Below are positions 19,530-30,797 of a DNA stretch of 59,621 bases, in pieces. Where the stretch lies: the IMG/VR virus record IMGVR_UViG_3300042197_002679, positions 1 to 59,621 of that record; one strand, 5' to 3'. The notes beneath the pieces are model-generated. The model saw nothing but the letters and a program-made list of their open reading frames with translations. It was not told the DNA's origin and did no database searches. This DNA comes from a virus. Taxonomy: Duplodnaviria > Caudoviricetes. The translations under genes were made by a program, and so were the position numbers. How positions within the stretch are numbered: the stretch's first letter is position 1; each line of letters opens with the position of its first letter.

Positions 19530-22500
19530 ATGTCCCAACAAACAAATCTCAATGTATCTCCATATTTTGACGACTTTGATTCAACATTAGGATATCATAG
19601 AGTTCTTTTTAAACCTGGGTATCCTATTCAAGCTAGAGAATTAACGACATTACAATCAATATTACAAAATCAAATTGAAAAATTTGGTCAACATTTTTTT
19701 AAAGAAGGCGCAAAAGTTATTCCAGGAAACACCGGATATACACAACTATATTATTGCGTCCAATTAAATAACACATATCAAGGAGTTCCAGTATCATCTT
19801 ATGCAAATCAACTAGTCGGAACAAAAATAACTGGGCAAAGTTCTGGTGTAACGGCATATGTTGATAAAATTTTATTGCCACAAGATTCTGAGAGGGGTAA
19901 TTTAACTCTCTATATCAATTATTTAAATAGTAGTACAAATAATAATTCAACTCAAACATTTTCGGATGGAGAATCTTTAACGTGTGATACAATTATAACT
20001 TCTGGACTTTTAGGAAATACATCTATTGCTATTGGCAGTCCATTTGCAACTACACTGGCATCAAATTCTACAGCAACAGGGTCATCATTTCAAATTCAAG
20101 ACGGTGTTTATTTTATTCGTGGAAACTTTGTCAATGTAAATAAAGAGACTCTTATATTAGATCAATACTCAAATGTTCCAAATTATAGAGTTGGACTATT
20201 TGTTAGGGAAGAAATTATAAACTCAAACATCGATGAATCTTTGAATGATAATTCGCAAGGATTTAACAACTATTCAGCTCCTGGAGCAGATAGACTAAAA
20301 ATATCTGCTAGCTTGTTTAAAAAACCACTTACGGATTTCAATGACGATAGTTTCGTCGAATTATCTACCATAGTTGATGGTAAAATTAAATCAAAAGTCG
20401 ATCGTGGAGATCTTGGTGGAGGACCAGGATATTTAGATATTAGAGATACTCTTGCAAAAAGAACTTATGCAGAGTCTGGAGATTACTGCGTAACACCATT
20501 TAATGTTACTGTTTTAGAATCTTTAAATGATAACATTGGTAATAGAGGAATATTTCAAGAAGGTCAATTTACTTATGGTGGGTCTGTTCCTTCAGATAAT
20601 TTATCACTATATAAAATTTCTCCAGGCAGAGCCTTTGTTCGTGGATATGACATAGAAACTTTAAATCCTACTTTTATTGATGCCGAAAAGCCAAGAAATA
20701 CTAAAATAATAGAGGACCAATCAATAATTTACAATACTGGACCAACATTAAGTTTAAATCGAGTTGATGGTTCCCCAATACTTGGAATTGGTAACACATA
20801 TGTTTTAAGTTTAAGAAATGCTAGATCCGGTTCCGATCCAAAAGTTTTTGCCGGAAAAGAAATAGGAATTGCTAGAGTTTATGATTTTAGATTAGAATCT
20901 GGTTCTTATAGCTCAACAAATGGAAATACTAATCAGTGGAATATTTCATTATTTGATGTTCAAACAATCACCAATATTACACTAAATCAAAGTATTACTT
21001 TATCAACGCCAACGTTTATCAAAGGATCTAATAGTGGTGCAACTGCATTTTTAAAAGAATCTGTTTCTGCAGGAACAGCTTTAACCGTTTATGAAACTTC
21101 TGGAAAATTTTTAGAAAATGAATCTTTAATATTCAATGGAATTGGTAATGGTAGAATTGCAATAGCGGTTACTGAATACTCCATTTCTGATGTAAAATCT
21201 GTTTTTGGCACAAATAACGGCGTTGTTGGTGTAGGATCAACTTTTAGTGCGGATGTAGTTCAAAGTATAAAGTTCAATATAGGTATAGCAACAATTAGTG
21301 CTGCATCTGGTGGAATAAGTACGATTAGAAGCACAAATCCACAATTTCCGGGAAATATTATAAAATTAGATGATTTAGTGCAATTTAGTAATTCCGAAAA
21401 TTTAAATATAAGTTATGCGAAAGTAACAAGTATTGGATCTTCTACTGCCACAATTCAAGCGGTGACATCAGTCACGGGAATTGCTTCGGGAAGTCTTCCA
21501 ACGACACAATTAAATGTAACAGATCTTAAAGTATTAAGTACAAAACTTGAATCATCTTCGAACAATACTCTTTATACTGTTTTGCCAAAATCAAATGTTG
21601 CCACTGTAGATCTTACAGAAGCAAATTTGGTTATTAGAAGACTTTTTAAAGTAAATATTTCATCAAATCAACTATCAACACCAGTAATTGCTGGAAATAA
21701 TGAAACTTTCTTACCGTTTGATGAAGAGAGATATTCTTTAATTAGGTCCGATGGTTCTACCGAGGTTTTAACCTCCGACAAAGTGGCATTTTTGGTCGGA
21801 AGCACACAACTTCAAATTTACAATCTTGGAACAAATGATACTGGTGCCACTTTAGTTGCAACTTTGAGAAAAATAAACATTAAAGCAAAAGAAAAAATTA
21901 AAAATAGAGTTAATTCGATAACTATAACAAAATCAAAGTATAATGGATCTGGAATTGGATCTACAACGTTAAACGATGGACTTACATATGGAAATTTTCC
22001 ATTTGGCACGAGAGTTCAAGATGAAATTTTATGTTTAAATGTTCCAGATATTGTAGAAATACATGGAATATTCGAATCGTCCAACACATCAGATGCATCT
22101 GCTCCCAAAATAATTTTGTCGTCGATAAACAGCTCCTCCACTACAACATCAGAACTAATTATTGGAGAAATTTTAATTGGACAAACAAGTGGTGCTGTTG
22201 CGATATGCGCTGAAAAATTGACCGATTCACAGATTTCATTTATTTACAAAAATGATATCAGATTTAAAGAAGGGGAAACGGTAATTTTTCAAGAGTCTGA
22301 TGTTCAAGCAATAGTTACAACATTAGACTCTGGTAGTTTTGAAATTTCTTCAAATTATTCTTTTTCTACAGGACAAGAAGAAACTTTTTATGATTATGGA
22401 ACCATAAAAAGAAAACCAGAGTCTCAAGAACCCACAAAAAGATTAAAAATTTATTTTTCAAATGGATATTATAATTCAACAGATGATGGTGATGTTACTA

Positions 22501-25500
22501 CAGTAGAATCATATCGCCAATTTAATTATTCCAAAGATTTGCAATCAATAAACGGACACTCTGTATCAGATATAATTGATATTCGTCCAAGAGTTTCAAC
22601 ATATACTGTTTCCGAGAATACTAGATCCCCTTTAGAATTTTATGGAAGATCTTTTAATTCTTCTGGAAATTCAGCATCTAATATTTTAGCTTCAGATGAA
22701 TCAATTTTAACTACTTTTTCTTATTATTTGGGAAGAATAGATAGAATTTTCTTAACAAAAGAGGGGGTGTTTCAAGTAAAATATGGACAACCTTCAGAAA
22801 GACCAGAAAAACCAGTCTCTGTTGATGAGGCAATAGAAATTGCAACAATAACCCTACCCCCATATCTTTATACGACAGAACAAGCATCTGTGCAATTTTT
22901 AGAGCATAAAAGATATAGAATGGTTGACATTAAACAACTTGAAAATAGAATTAGAAATTTAGAGTACTATACTGCATTATCTCTATTGGAAACAAATACT
23001 GCAAATCTTTTTGTTCCAGATTCAGATGGATTAAATAGATTTAAGTCTGGATTTTTTGTTGACAATTTTGGATCCTTTAAACCCCAAGAAGAAAATATAT
23101 CTATCAAAAATAGTATAGATATTAAAAATAAGGAACTACGTCCAAGACATTACACAAATTCCGTTAACTTAGTTTTTGGTCCCGTTATTAACAATGATCC
23201 AACATCTGATCTTGCCTTTTCTACTATTGAAGGAAATAATGTAAGAAAAGGTAATGATGTTGTAACTTTAGATTACGCCGAAATTGAGTGGTTAAAACAA
23301 ACATTTGCAACAAGATCTGAAAGTGTTACTCCATTTTTAATTAGTTTTTGGCAAGGTACTCTTGAGTTAACTCCATCATCAGATACTTGGGTGGACACCT
23401 CAAGATTGGAAGCAAAAATTATTAATACTGAGGGAAATTATGCAGAAACTTTAAATAATTTAGCAAGAACTCAAAATGTAGATCCACAAACAGGATTTGG
23501 TCCCATTTTGTGGGATTCTTGGCAAACAAATTGGACTGGAAGAGATGTAATAAACACTTCCAGAACAAGGGAAGTTAGTTTTGGTGGTGAATGGATTGGA
23601 TGGGCAGGAAGACCGGGAATACCAGGAACTGCTTGGGGAACCAGAACAACCCAAGTAATTAGAGATGATCTAAGAGAAATTGTCGAAACTGGTGTACAAA
23701 CAAGATCTGGAAATAGAACTATTGTTACTGAACAATTTGATCAAACTTCCGTTGGAGATAGAGTCGTCAGTAGAGATCTCATACCATTTATGAGATCTAG
23801 AAATATCGAATTTGTTTCTAAAAGAGTCAAACCTTTAACTCAATTGTATGCATTTTTTGATGGAATTAACGTTACAAAATATTGTGTACCAAAGCTTCTT
23901 GAAATTACAATGACATCTGGAACATTTCAGGTAGGAGAAAATGTCATTGGTAGAGTTATTAATACTGGTTTAAACCCAGATTTAACTGACGGAACTCCAA
24001 GAATTTCTTTTAGAGTAGCACAATCCAATCATAAGGAAGGTCCATATAACACACCAACATCAATATTTCCCAACAACCCATATACAAATCAACCACTTTC
24101 TGGAGCATACTCTTCAACTTCATCAATTTTAAATGTGGATACATTTTCACTTTCAAATCAAGCACAGGGACAATATAGTGGATATGTTGAATCGGGAATG
24201 ATTTTAATTGGAGAAACAAGTGGTGCAAGAGCAACAGTTACAAATGTGAGATTAATATCCGATCTTTCTGCAACTTTAATCGGAAGTTTCTTCATTCCAA
24301 ATCCAAATAACGTAAATCACCCTAGATTTGAAACTGGAACAAAAACATTCACACTTTTAAACGATCAAAATAACAATCAAGATACATCTACTACAATTGC
24401 AGAAGAAGGATTTTCTTCATCAGGAACTCTTGAGACAGTTCAGGAAAACATAATATCTGTCAGAAACGCAAGAATTGAAAATAAACAAGAATTTGAAAGT
24501 AGAAATGTAAATCGTTCTTTGGGAACACAAGTGGTGGGAAGTTCCGTAGTTTCCCAATCGCAAAGAGACGTTGTAATTGGATGGTACGATCCACTTGCAC
24601 AGTCATTTTTAGTTGAAGATGAAACTGGCGTTTTTCTAACAAAATGCGATGTTTTCTTTAGATCAAAAGATGACATGGATATTCCAGTTGTATTTCAACT
24701 AAGAACAATGGAAAATGGTTTTCCAACTCAAAAAGTTTTGCCATTTTCAGAAATAGTTTTAGAACCAGGTAGTGTAAATATTTCTGGAGATGGTTCTGTT
24801 GCAACAACTTTTGAATTTAAGGCGCCAGTTTATTTGGAAGGTGGTAAAGAATATGCGATTTGTTTAGCATCCAATTCTACAAAATATAGTGTTTATATTT
24901 CTAGAATAGGTGAAAATGATATTTTAACACAAACATTTATTTCTAACCAACCATATCTTGGATCTCTATTTAAATCCCAAAATGCCTCAACTTGGGAAGC
25001 AAGTCAATGGGAGGATCTTAAGTTTACTCTTTATCGAGCAGATTTTGTTGAATCTGGATCTGTGGAGTTTTATAATCCGGAATTATCGGAGGGAAATGGA
25101 CAAATTGCCACTCTACTTCCAGATTCATTAAATCTTAATTCAAGAAAAATAAGAGTCGGTCTTGGAACGACTTTATCAGATTCTGGATATGTTTTGGGAA
25201 ATACTTTTTCTCAATTAGGTACTAATGCTACAGGTAATCTTGTTGGGGTTGCTGGTTCAGCTGTAGGTTCATTAACAGTTTCTAATGCTGGACTTGGATA
25301 TACACCGGCAAGTGGAGGATCGACATTTACTGGGGTAAATCTAACCACTGTTACTGGAAATGGACGTGGAGCGATAGCAAATGTGTCGATCAATAATGGT
25401 GTTGCTGTTGCTGCCACTATTACCAGTGGCGGATCTGGTTATCAAGTTGGTGATGTTTTGGGAATTTCTACAATAGGATCAACTTCTGTTGGAACAAATG

Positions 25501-27029
25501 CTAGATTTACTGTTGCCGGAATTGGTGTTACAAGTGAGCTTATCTTAGATAATGTGCAGGGAAATTTTGTAACTGGCGCAGGATACACGATGACATATAC
25601 GAATAATTCGGGAATTACAACTATACTCAATTATTCCTCTGGCGGAAACGTAACTTTATCATCAATTAATGTTGATAACGATGGACTGCATATTAAAGTC
25701 AATCACCAAAATCACGGTATGTATTTTAACGATAATTTGGTTAAGATATCGGGAGTTCTTCCAGATATTAAACCTACAAAATTAAGTGCTCAATATGATG
25801 TGGCATCAACAGGTCCAATAACAGTAGACAATGCATCTACTTTTTCGACTTTTGAAAATGTTGGAGTTGGAACAACTAATATAGGATATGCTTTAATTGG
25901 AAATGAAATTATTGAGTATACATCCGTGAGTGGGAATATAATTGGTGGAAATATTGTAAGGGGATCCAATCCGTTAACATATCCAATTGGAACGCCAATT
26001 TATAAATACGAACTTGGTGGGATTAATTTAAAAAGAATTAATAAAATTCATAATTTAAATGATGTTACTATTAATGATCCAATTACTTTTGATTCTTATC
26101 ATATTAAATTGAATATGGAGGCATTGGACATTGATAATGATGATAGAAGTAATAATTCAGGATTCCCAGCACTTTATATAAATCAAACAAAATCGGCAGG
26201 GGGATATAACATTAAAGCATCACAAAATATGCCATTTGAAATAATAACACCAATGGTTCAAAATATAACTGTTCGTGGAACAAACATTTCTGCTGAATTA
26301 AGGACAATTACAGGAAAAAGTATAAGCGGAACGGAAATCCCATATGTGAATAATGGATTTGAACAAATTGCAATTAATGAAACAAATTATCTTAATAGTC
26401 CAAGACTAGTTGCATCTAAAGTTAATGAAGACAACAAACTTGCAACTTTACCGGGAGCAAAATCTTTAAATATGAGATTACTACTCAATACAGTAGACAC
26501 TCGTGTTTCTCCAGTAATCGATGCGCAAAGAGTAAGTGCAATTTTTACATCAAATAGAGTTAATAGCGTAATTTCAAATTACGCTACGGATAGTAGAGTA
26601 AATAGTATTGACAGTGATCCTACAGCTTGCCAGTATATATCAAAAGAAATTATTTTAGAAAATTCCGCATCTTCAATAAAAATTTTAGTGTCAGCGCACA
26701 TTAATTTAAAATGTGATATTAGAGCATTTTATGCTATTAGTGAAAATCCTGGATTTAATCCAATATTCATACCATTTCCAGGGTATTCAAATCTTGATGC
26801 AAGGGGTCAAATAATTTCAGAAGAAAATAATAATGGCGAATCTGACACATTTATCACTAAAACAAATACATATGGATTTTCGAGTGATAATATAGAGTAT
26901 AAAGAATATGTTTTTACTGCTGATCAATTGCCACCATTTAGATCATATAGGATAAAACTACTACTCACATCAACAAGTCAGGTTTATGTTCCAAGAATTA
27001 AAGATTTGAGGGTTATTTCACTTGCTTGA
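19530..27029 (+). CDS. Large structural protein, VrlC/DUF4815-like (2499 aa)
   Basis: NLNVSPYFDDF..VLFKPG..QARELT, APGADRLK, RRY.M.DI..LE.RI..LEYYT-like segment, RFKSGFFVDNF, DPLAQSF, SLFKSQN.STW. Confidence 0.88.
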   Translation: MSQQTNLNVSPYFDDFDSTLGYHRVLFKPGYPIQARELTTLQSILQNQIEKFGQHFFKEGAKVIPGNTGYTQLYYCVQLNNTYQGVPVSSYANQLVGTKITGQSSGVTAYVDKILLPQDSERGNLTLYINYLNSSTNNNSTQTFSDGESLTCDTIITSGLLGNTSIAIGSPFATTLASNSTATGSSFQIQDGVYFIRGNFVNVNKETLILDQYSNVPNYRVGLFVREEIINSNIDESLNDNSQGFNNYSAPGADRLKISASLFKKPLTDFNDDSFVELSTIVDGKIKSKVDRGDLGGGPGYLDIRDTLAKRTYAESGDYCVTPFNVTVLESLNDNIGNRGIFQEGQFTYGGSVPSDNLSLYKISPGRAFVRGYDIETLNPTFIDAEKPRNTKIIEDQSIIYNTGPTLSLNRVDGSPILGIGNTYVLSLRNARSGSDPKVFAGKEIGIARVYDFRLESGSYSSTNGNTNQWNISLFDVQTITNITLNQSITLSTPTFIKGSNSGATAFLKESVSAGTALTVYETSGKFLENESLIFNGIGNGRIAIAVTEYSISDVKSVFGTNNGVVGVGSTFSADVVQSIKFNIGIATISAASGGISTIRSTNPQFPGNIIKLDDLVQFSNSENLNISYAKVTSIGSSTATIQAVTSVTGIASGSLPTTQLNVTDLKVLSTKLESSSNNTLYTVLPKSNVATVDLTEANLVIRRLFKVNISSNQLSTPVIAGNNETFLPFDEERYSLIRSDGSTEVLTSDKVAFLVGSTQLQIYNLGTNDTGATLVATLRKINIKAKEKIKNRVNSITITKSKYNGSGIGSTTLNDGLTYGNFPFGTRVQDEILCLNVPDIVEIHGIFESSNTSDASAPKIILSSINSSSTTTSELIIGEILIGQTSGAVAICAEKLTDSQISFIYKNDIRFKEGETVIFQESDVQAIVTTLDSGSFEISSNYSFSTGQEETFYDYGTIKRKPESQEPTKRLKIYFSNGYYNSTDDGDVTTVESYRQFNYSKDLQSINGHSVSDIIDIRPRVSTYTVSENTRSPLEFYGRSFNSSGNSASNILASDESILTTFSYYLGRIDRIFLTKEGVFQVKYGQPSERPEKPVSVDEAIEIATITLPPYLYTTEQASVQFLEHKRYRMVDIKQLENRIRNLEYYTALSLLETNTANLFVPDSDGLNRFKSGFFVDNFGSFKPQEENISIKNSIDIKNKELRPRHYTNSVNLVFGPVINNDPTSDLAFSTIEGNNVRKGNDVVTLDYAEIEWLKQTFATRSESVTPFLISFWQGTLELTPSSDTWVDTSRLEAKIINTEGNYAETLNNLARTQNVDPQTGFGPILWDSWQTNWTGRDVINTSRTREVSFGGEWIGWAGRPGIPGTAWGTRTTQVIRDDLREIVETGVQTRSGNRTIVTEQFDQTSVGDRVVSRDLIPFMRSRNIEFVSKRVKPLTQLYAFFDGINVTKYCVPKLLEITMTSGTFQVGENVIGRVINTGLNPDLTDGTPRISFRVAQSNHKEGPYNTPTSIFPNNPYTNQPLSGAYSSTSSILNVDTFSLSNQAQGQYSGYVESGMILIGETSGARATVTNVRLISDLSATLIGSFFIPNPNNVNHPRFETGTKTFTLLNDQNNNQDTSTTIAEEGFSSSGTLETVQENIISVRNARIENKQEFESRNVNRSLGTQVVGSSVVSQSQRDVVIGWYDPLAQSFLVEDETGVFLTKCDVFFRSKDDMDIPVVFQLRTMENGFPTQKVLPFSEIVLEPGSVNISGDGSVATTFEFKAPVYLEGGKEYAICLASNSTKYSVYISRIGENDILTQTFISNQPYLGSLFKSQNASTWEASQWEDLKFTLYRADFVESGSVEFYNPELSEGNGQIATLLPDSLNLNSRKIRVGLGTTLSDSGYVLGNTFSQLGTNATGNLVGVAGSAVGSLTVSNAGLGYTPASGGSTFTGVNLTTVTGNGRGAIANVSINNGVAVAATITSGGSGYQVGDVLGISTIGSTSVGTNARFTVAGIGVTSELILDNVQGNFVTGAGYTMTYTNNSGITTILNYSSGGNVTLSSINVDNDGLHIKVNHQNHGMYFNDNLVKISGVLPDIKPTKLSAQYDVASTGPITVDNASTFSTFENVGVGTTNIGYALIGNEIIEYTSVSGNIIGGNIVRGSNPLTYPIGTPIYKYELGGINLKRINKIHNLNDVTINDPITFDSYHIKLNMEALDIDNDDRSNNSGFPALYINQTKSAGGYNIKASQNMPFEIITPMVQNITVRGTNISAELRTITGKSISGTEIPYVNNGFEQIAINETNYLNSPRLVASKVNEDNKLATLPGAKSLNMRLLLNTVDTRVSPVIDAQRVSAIFTSNRVNSVISNYATDSRVNSIDSDPTACQYISKEIILENSASSIKILVSAHINLKCDIRAFYAISENPGFNPIFIPFPGYSNLDARGQIISEENNNGESDTFITKTNTYGFSSDNIEYKEYVFTADQLPPFRSYRIKLLLTSTSQVYVPRIKDLRVISLA

Positions 27030-27030
27030 T

Positions 27031-27258
27031 ATGGATTATTACAATGTAGATGGACACTCTGATTTAGCTAGAGATCCAGAAACAAATTCTATTGTTAATG
27101 TAAATAAATTGGAATACGAACAGTATGTTTATAGAAGAACTGCAAAATTAGAAAAGAATCAAAAAGCACAAAATATAGAATTGGAAGTTGCTAATATGAA
27201 AGAGGATATTAATGAGATTAAATCACTACTTAGGGAGATTTTAAATGGATCCAAATGA
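27031..27258 (+). CDS. Small coiled-coil hypothetical protein
   Basis: LARDPETNSIVN followed by a C-terminal heptad region (MKEDINEIKSLL). Confidence 0.8.
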   Translation: MDYYNVDGHSDLARDPETNSIVNVNKLEYEQYVYRRTAKLEKNQKAQNIELEVANMKEDINEIKSLLREILNGSK

Positions 27259-27427
27259 AATAGTATTAGAAAATTTAAATAAAAATTTTGAATATCATAA
27301 AGCTTGCATAGAAATAGATTCCATAGACGATATTGAAGATTTGAAAACAATAAGCAAAGCATATATGAAATTATACTTGAAGCAGCAAGAAGTTATTTCA
27401 AATATGGCATTTTTAGATAAACGATAA
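27245..27427 (+). CDS. 60-aa two-helix hypothetical protein (weakly NblA-like)
   Basis: ORF track; GGGAG SD; helix-loop-helix pattern. Confidence 0.75.
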   Translation: MDPNEIVLENLNKNFEYHKACIEIDSIDDIEDLKTISKAYMKLYLKQQEVISNMAFLDKR

Positions 27428-27449
27428 ATAATTTAAGAAGTATAAAAAA

Positions 27450-28298
27450 ATGGCGCAACCAACAAGCAGACAAGAATTGATAGATTTTTGTAAAAGGAAA
27501 CTGGGAGCGCCAGTTTTAGAAATTAATATTGCCGATGAACAGGCAGATGATATAATTGATGATGCAATTCAATATTTTCAAGAAAGACATTTTGATGGTG
27601 TTGGGCAAGTTTTTTTAAAATATCAACTTACCCAAAATGATATTGATAGAGGTAGAGCTCCAAATGGAAATTCTCCAACGGCAGGAATAGCAAATACCTC
27701 TGCAACAACAACAATTGCTGGGATTTCCACAACATTTACATATAAAGAAAACAGCAATTTTTTGCAGGTGCCACCTTCTGTAATTGGTATTACAAAAATA
27801 TATCATTTTGATGGTGCCAATACCACAACAAATAATATGTTCAGTGTTAAATACCAATTATTCTTAAATGATATTTACTATTGGGGTTCAACAGAAATAT
27901 TAACATATGCGATGACAAAAACATATCTTGAGGATATCGATTTTTTACTAACAACACAAAAACAAATAAGATTCAATCAAAGACAAGATAGATTATATTT
28001 GGATATTGATTGGGGAAGCGTAAAGGCTGGCGAATATATTATTATAGATTGTTATAGGGCATTGGATCCAAACGATTATGTAAGAGTGTGGAACGATTCA
28101 TTTCTTAAACAATATGTGACAATTTTATTTAAAAAACAGTGGGGGCAAAATTTAATTAAATTTCAAGGCGTTAAATTACCTGGTGGGGTAGAACTCAATG
28201 GAAGGCAGTTATATGATGACGCGCAGAGAGAATTAGATACTTTAATGGAAAAAATGTCAAATACATATGAATTGCCACCTTTAGATATGATTGGATGA
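27450..28298 (+). CDS. gp13: Neck protein gp13
   Basis: LGAPVLEINI..Q..D.I..FQERHFDG; KKQWGQNLIKFQGVKLPGGVELNG. Confidence 0.95.
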   Translation: MAQPTSRQELIDFCKRKLGAPVLEINIADEQADDIIDDAIQYFQERHFDGVGQVFLKYQLTQNDIDRGRAPNGNSPTAGIANTSATTTIAGISTTFTYKENSNFLQVPPSVIGITKIYHFDGANTTTNNMFSVKYQLFLNDIYYWGSTEILTYAMTKTYLEDIDFLLTTQKQIRFNQRQDRLYLDIDWGSVKAGEYIIIDCYRALDPNDYVRVWNDSFLKQYVTILFKKQWGQNLIKFQGVKLPGGVELNGRQLYDDAQRELDTLMEKMSNTYELPPLDMIG

Positions 28299-28304
28299 TA
28301 TTGT

Positions 28305-29750
28305 ATGTTAAATCCATTTTTTCTTCAAGGATCTGCTGGAGAACAAGGTCTCGTACAAGATTTGATAAATGAACAGTTAAGAATGTATGGTGTTGAAGTT
28401 TATTATCTACCCAGAAAATATGTAACAGAAAAAACAATCATAAAAGAAGTAATTCAATCAGAATTTGTCGATGCGTACCCAATAGAGGCATATATTGAAA
28501 ATTATGAAGGTTATGCTGATAATACAACACTCTTGTCTAAATTTGGAATACAATCCACACAAGAAATAAATTTAGTTATTTCTAAAGAAAGATTTGAAGA
28601 GTATATAAGTCCATTAATTAAGAATAAACCAAACATTAAACTATCAACAAGACCCAAAGAAGGTGATTTGATTTATTTTCCTTTGGGAGATAGACTATTT
28701 GAAATTAAGTTTGTGGAGCATGAAAAACCTTTTTATCAACTTCAAAAAAATTATATTTACTTATTAAAATGTGAACTCTTTAGATATGAAGATGAAATTT
28801 TTGATACTAGTATTGATGAGATAGATGATATTTTGACTGGGGGAGAATCTGATGGATTGTCGGATGATAATATTAATGTTATTTTGGGGCAGACTCAAAC
28901 TTTAACTTTAGTTGGAACTGGAATAACAGCTACCGCAGTTTCCAGTATAATTTCATCTGGCGGGATAAGATTTATTACAGTTACGAATAGAGGTGGTGGA
29001 TATATAACCACACCAACTGTGGGAATATCATCATCTCCTATTGGTGGAAAAACTGGAATTGCAACTGCAATTATGATTGGTGGTATAGTTGCTTGTACAG
29101 ACAATGTAAACCCTAAAGCTCAGTCAGTTCAGAGTGTTGAAATTACAAATCCTGGATCTGGATATACTGTTGCTCCTGGAATTAGATTTATTGGTGGCGG
29201 TGGCGCAGGTGCAGCTGCAACAGCTACAATTGGTGACGGAGTAATTGGAATAATAACAGTTACAAATGGCGGATCTGGATATTCCACTTCGCCAACAATT
29301 TCATTTACAAATCAAATCTTTAAAGTAGGAGTTTCAACAGCAGCTGCTACGGCTACAGCAGTAGTTAGCGCGGCTGGAACTATCGCTGCAATTAGAATTA
29401 CAAATGCTGGTTTAGGATATAGTGTTGCCCCTACTATTGTAATTTCAAATCCATCACTTGCTTCTACTGGAAATTTTGTTTTTAATGAAGTTGTTGTTGG
29501 GTCTTCTAGCAGTACGACTGCAAAAGTTAGAACTTGGAACTCGATTACAAATATTTTAGAAGTTTCGAATGTTTCTGGATCTTTTATAATTGGCGAAAAT
29601 ATAATCGGATCAACATCCGGAGCTTCACATCAACTAAGACTAATTGATTTAAATGTAAACAATGATGGGTTTTCTGATAATTCAGAAATTGAATCCGAAG
29701 CAGACTTGTTAATTGATTTTAGTGAAAGTAATCCATTTGGAGTTCCATAA
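28305..29750 (+). CDS. gp14: Neck protein gp14 with a Gly/Thr-rich insertion
   Basis: G.EVYYLPR, SKFGI, RPKEGDLIYFP, FEIKFVEHE.PFYQL; C-terminal DFSESNPFG. Confidence 0.93.
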   Translation: MLNPFFLQGSAGEQGLVQDLINEQLRMYGVEVYYLPRKYVTEKTIIKEVIQSEFVDAYPIEAYIENYEGYADNTTLLSKFGIQSTQEINLVISKERFEEYISPLIKNKPNIKLSTRPKEGDLIYFPLGDRLFEIKFVEHEKPFYQLQKNYIYLLKCELFRYEDEIFDTSIDEIDDILTGGESDGLSDDNINVILGQTQTLTLVGTGITATAVSSIISSGGIRFITVTNRGGGYITTPTVGISSSPIGGKTGIATAIMIGGIVACTDNVNPKAQSVQSVEITNPGSGYTVAPGIRFIGGGGAGAAATATIGDGVIGIITVTNGGSGYSTSPTISFTNQIFKVGVSTAAATATAVVSAAGTIAAIRITNAGLGYSVAPTIVISNPSLASTGNFVFNEVVVGSSSSTTAKVRTWNSITNILEVSNVSGSFIIGENIIGSTSGASHQLRLIDLNVNNDGFSDNSEIESEADLLIDFSESNPFGVP

Positions 29751-29795
29751 ATAATACTTATTGTTGTTAAATAATACCATAATAGGAATATAAAA

Positions 29796-30797
29796 ATGTT
29801 TGAATATTTTTATAACGAAATTTTAAGAAGAACCGTTGTATCTTTCGGCACCCTTTTTAATAATATTTCAATTAAACATACAAATTCCTCTGATGATGTT
29901 GTTAGTGTAATTAAAGTTCCATTATCATATGGTCCAACACAAAAATTTCTTGCGCGATTAAATCAATCTGCAGATTTAAACAAATCTACGGCAATTACTT
30001 TACCAAGAATGTCGTTTGAATTTACCGGATTAACTTATGATTCCTCAAGAAAAGTTACAACAACACAAACATTTGTTGCAAAAGATCCAGATACTGGAAC
30101 TGAAACTAAAAAAATGTATATGCCAGTTCCGTATAACATGCAATTTGAACTTTCTATTATGTCAAAGTTAAATGATGATGCACTTCAAATCATAGAACAA
30201 ATTTTACCTTATTTTCAACCAGCATATAATTTAACAATAAATTTAGTTGAAGAAATTCAAGAAAAAAGAGATGTTCCTATAGTTTTAGAAAATGTAACAA
30301 TGCAGGACGATTATGAAGGAGATTTTTCGACAAGGAGAGTTCTCCTTTACACTTTAAGATTTACGGCAAAAACATATCTATTTGGACCAGTTTCAAGTGC
30401 AACAAAAGATATTATTAAATCTGCAAAAATTAGTTATCTTACTGGCACAGACATTGCAAATACAACTAGGGAAGTTGTATTTACATCGACACCAAGAGCC
30501 ATAAAAAATTACACTGGAACAATTTTAACAACTTTATCGAAAGATATTTCTGCAACAGATATATTAATAACGGTTGAAGATGCAAGTGGAATTTCTATAA
30601 AAACATATTTAGAAATTGAAGGTGAAGAAATATATGTAAAATCTAAAAATGGAAACGTCCTAACTGTTGACAGGGGTAAAGATAATACTACAATTACATC
30701 TCACTTAAGAGGTGAAGAAGTTAAATCAATTTCCTCCGCAGATAATGAATTAATTGAAGAAGGTGATGACTTTGGATTTAATGGATCTATAGAATGA
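29796..30797 (+). CDS. gp15: Tail sheath stabiliser/tail terminator gp15
   Basis: YFYNEILRR...FGTLFN, VPLSYGP.QKFL, LPRMSFE, QIIEQILPYFQP. Confidence 0.95.
   Translation: MFEYFYNEILRRTVVSFGTLFNNISIKHTNSSDDVVSVIKVPLSYGPTQKFLARLNQSADLNKSTAITLPRMSFEFTGLTYDSSRKVTTTQTFVAKDPDTGTETKKMYMPVPYNMQFELSIMSKLNDDALQIIEQILPYFQPAYNLTINLVEEIQEKRDVPIVLENVTMQDDYEGDFSTRRVLLYTLRFTAKTYLFGPVSSATKDIIKSAKISYLTGTDIANTTREVVFTSTPRAIKNYTGTILTTLSKDISATDILITVEDASGISIKTYLEIEGEEIYVKSKNGNVLTVDRGKDNTTITSHLRGEEVKSISSADNELIEEGDDFGFNGSIE

Noticed and set aside
5570-27029. Possible DGR target or nucleotide repeat array in the giant structural genes
   Set aside because: The repeats are degenerate at protein level only; I saw no reverse transcriptase or TR/VR pair.
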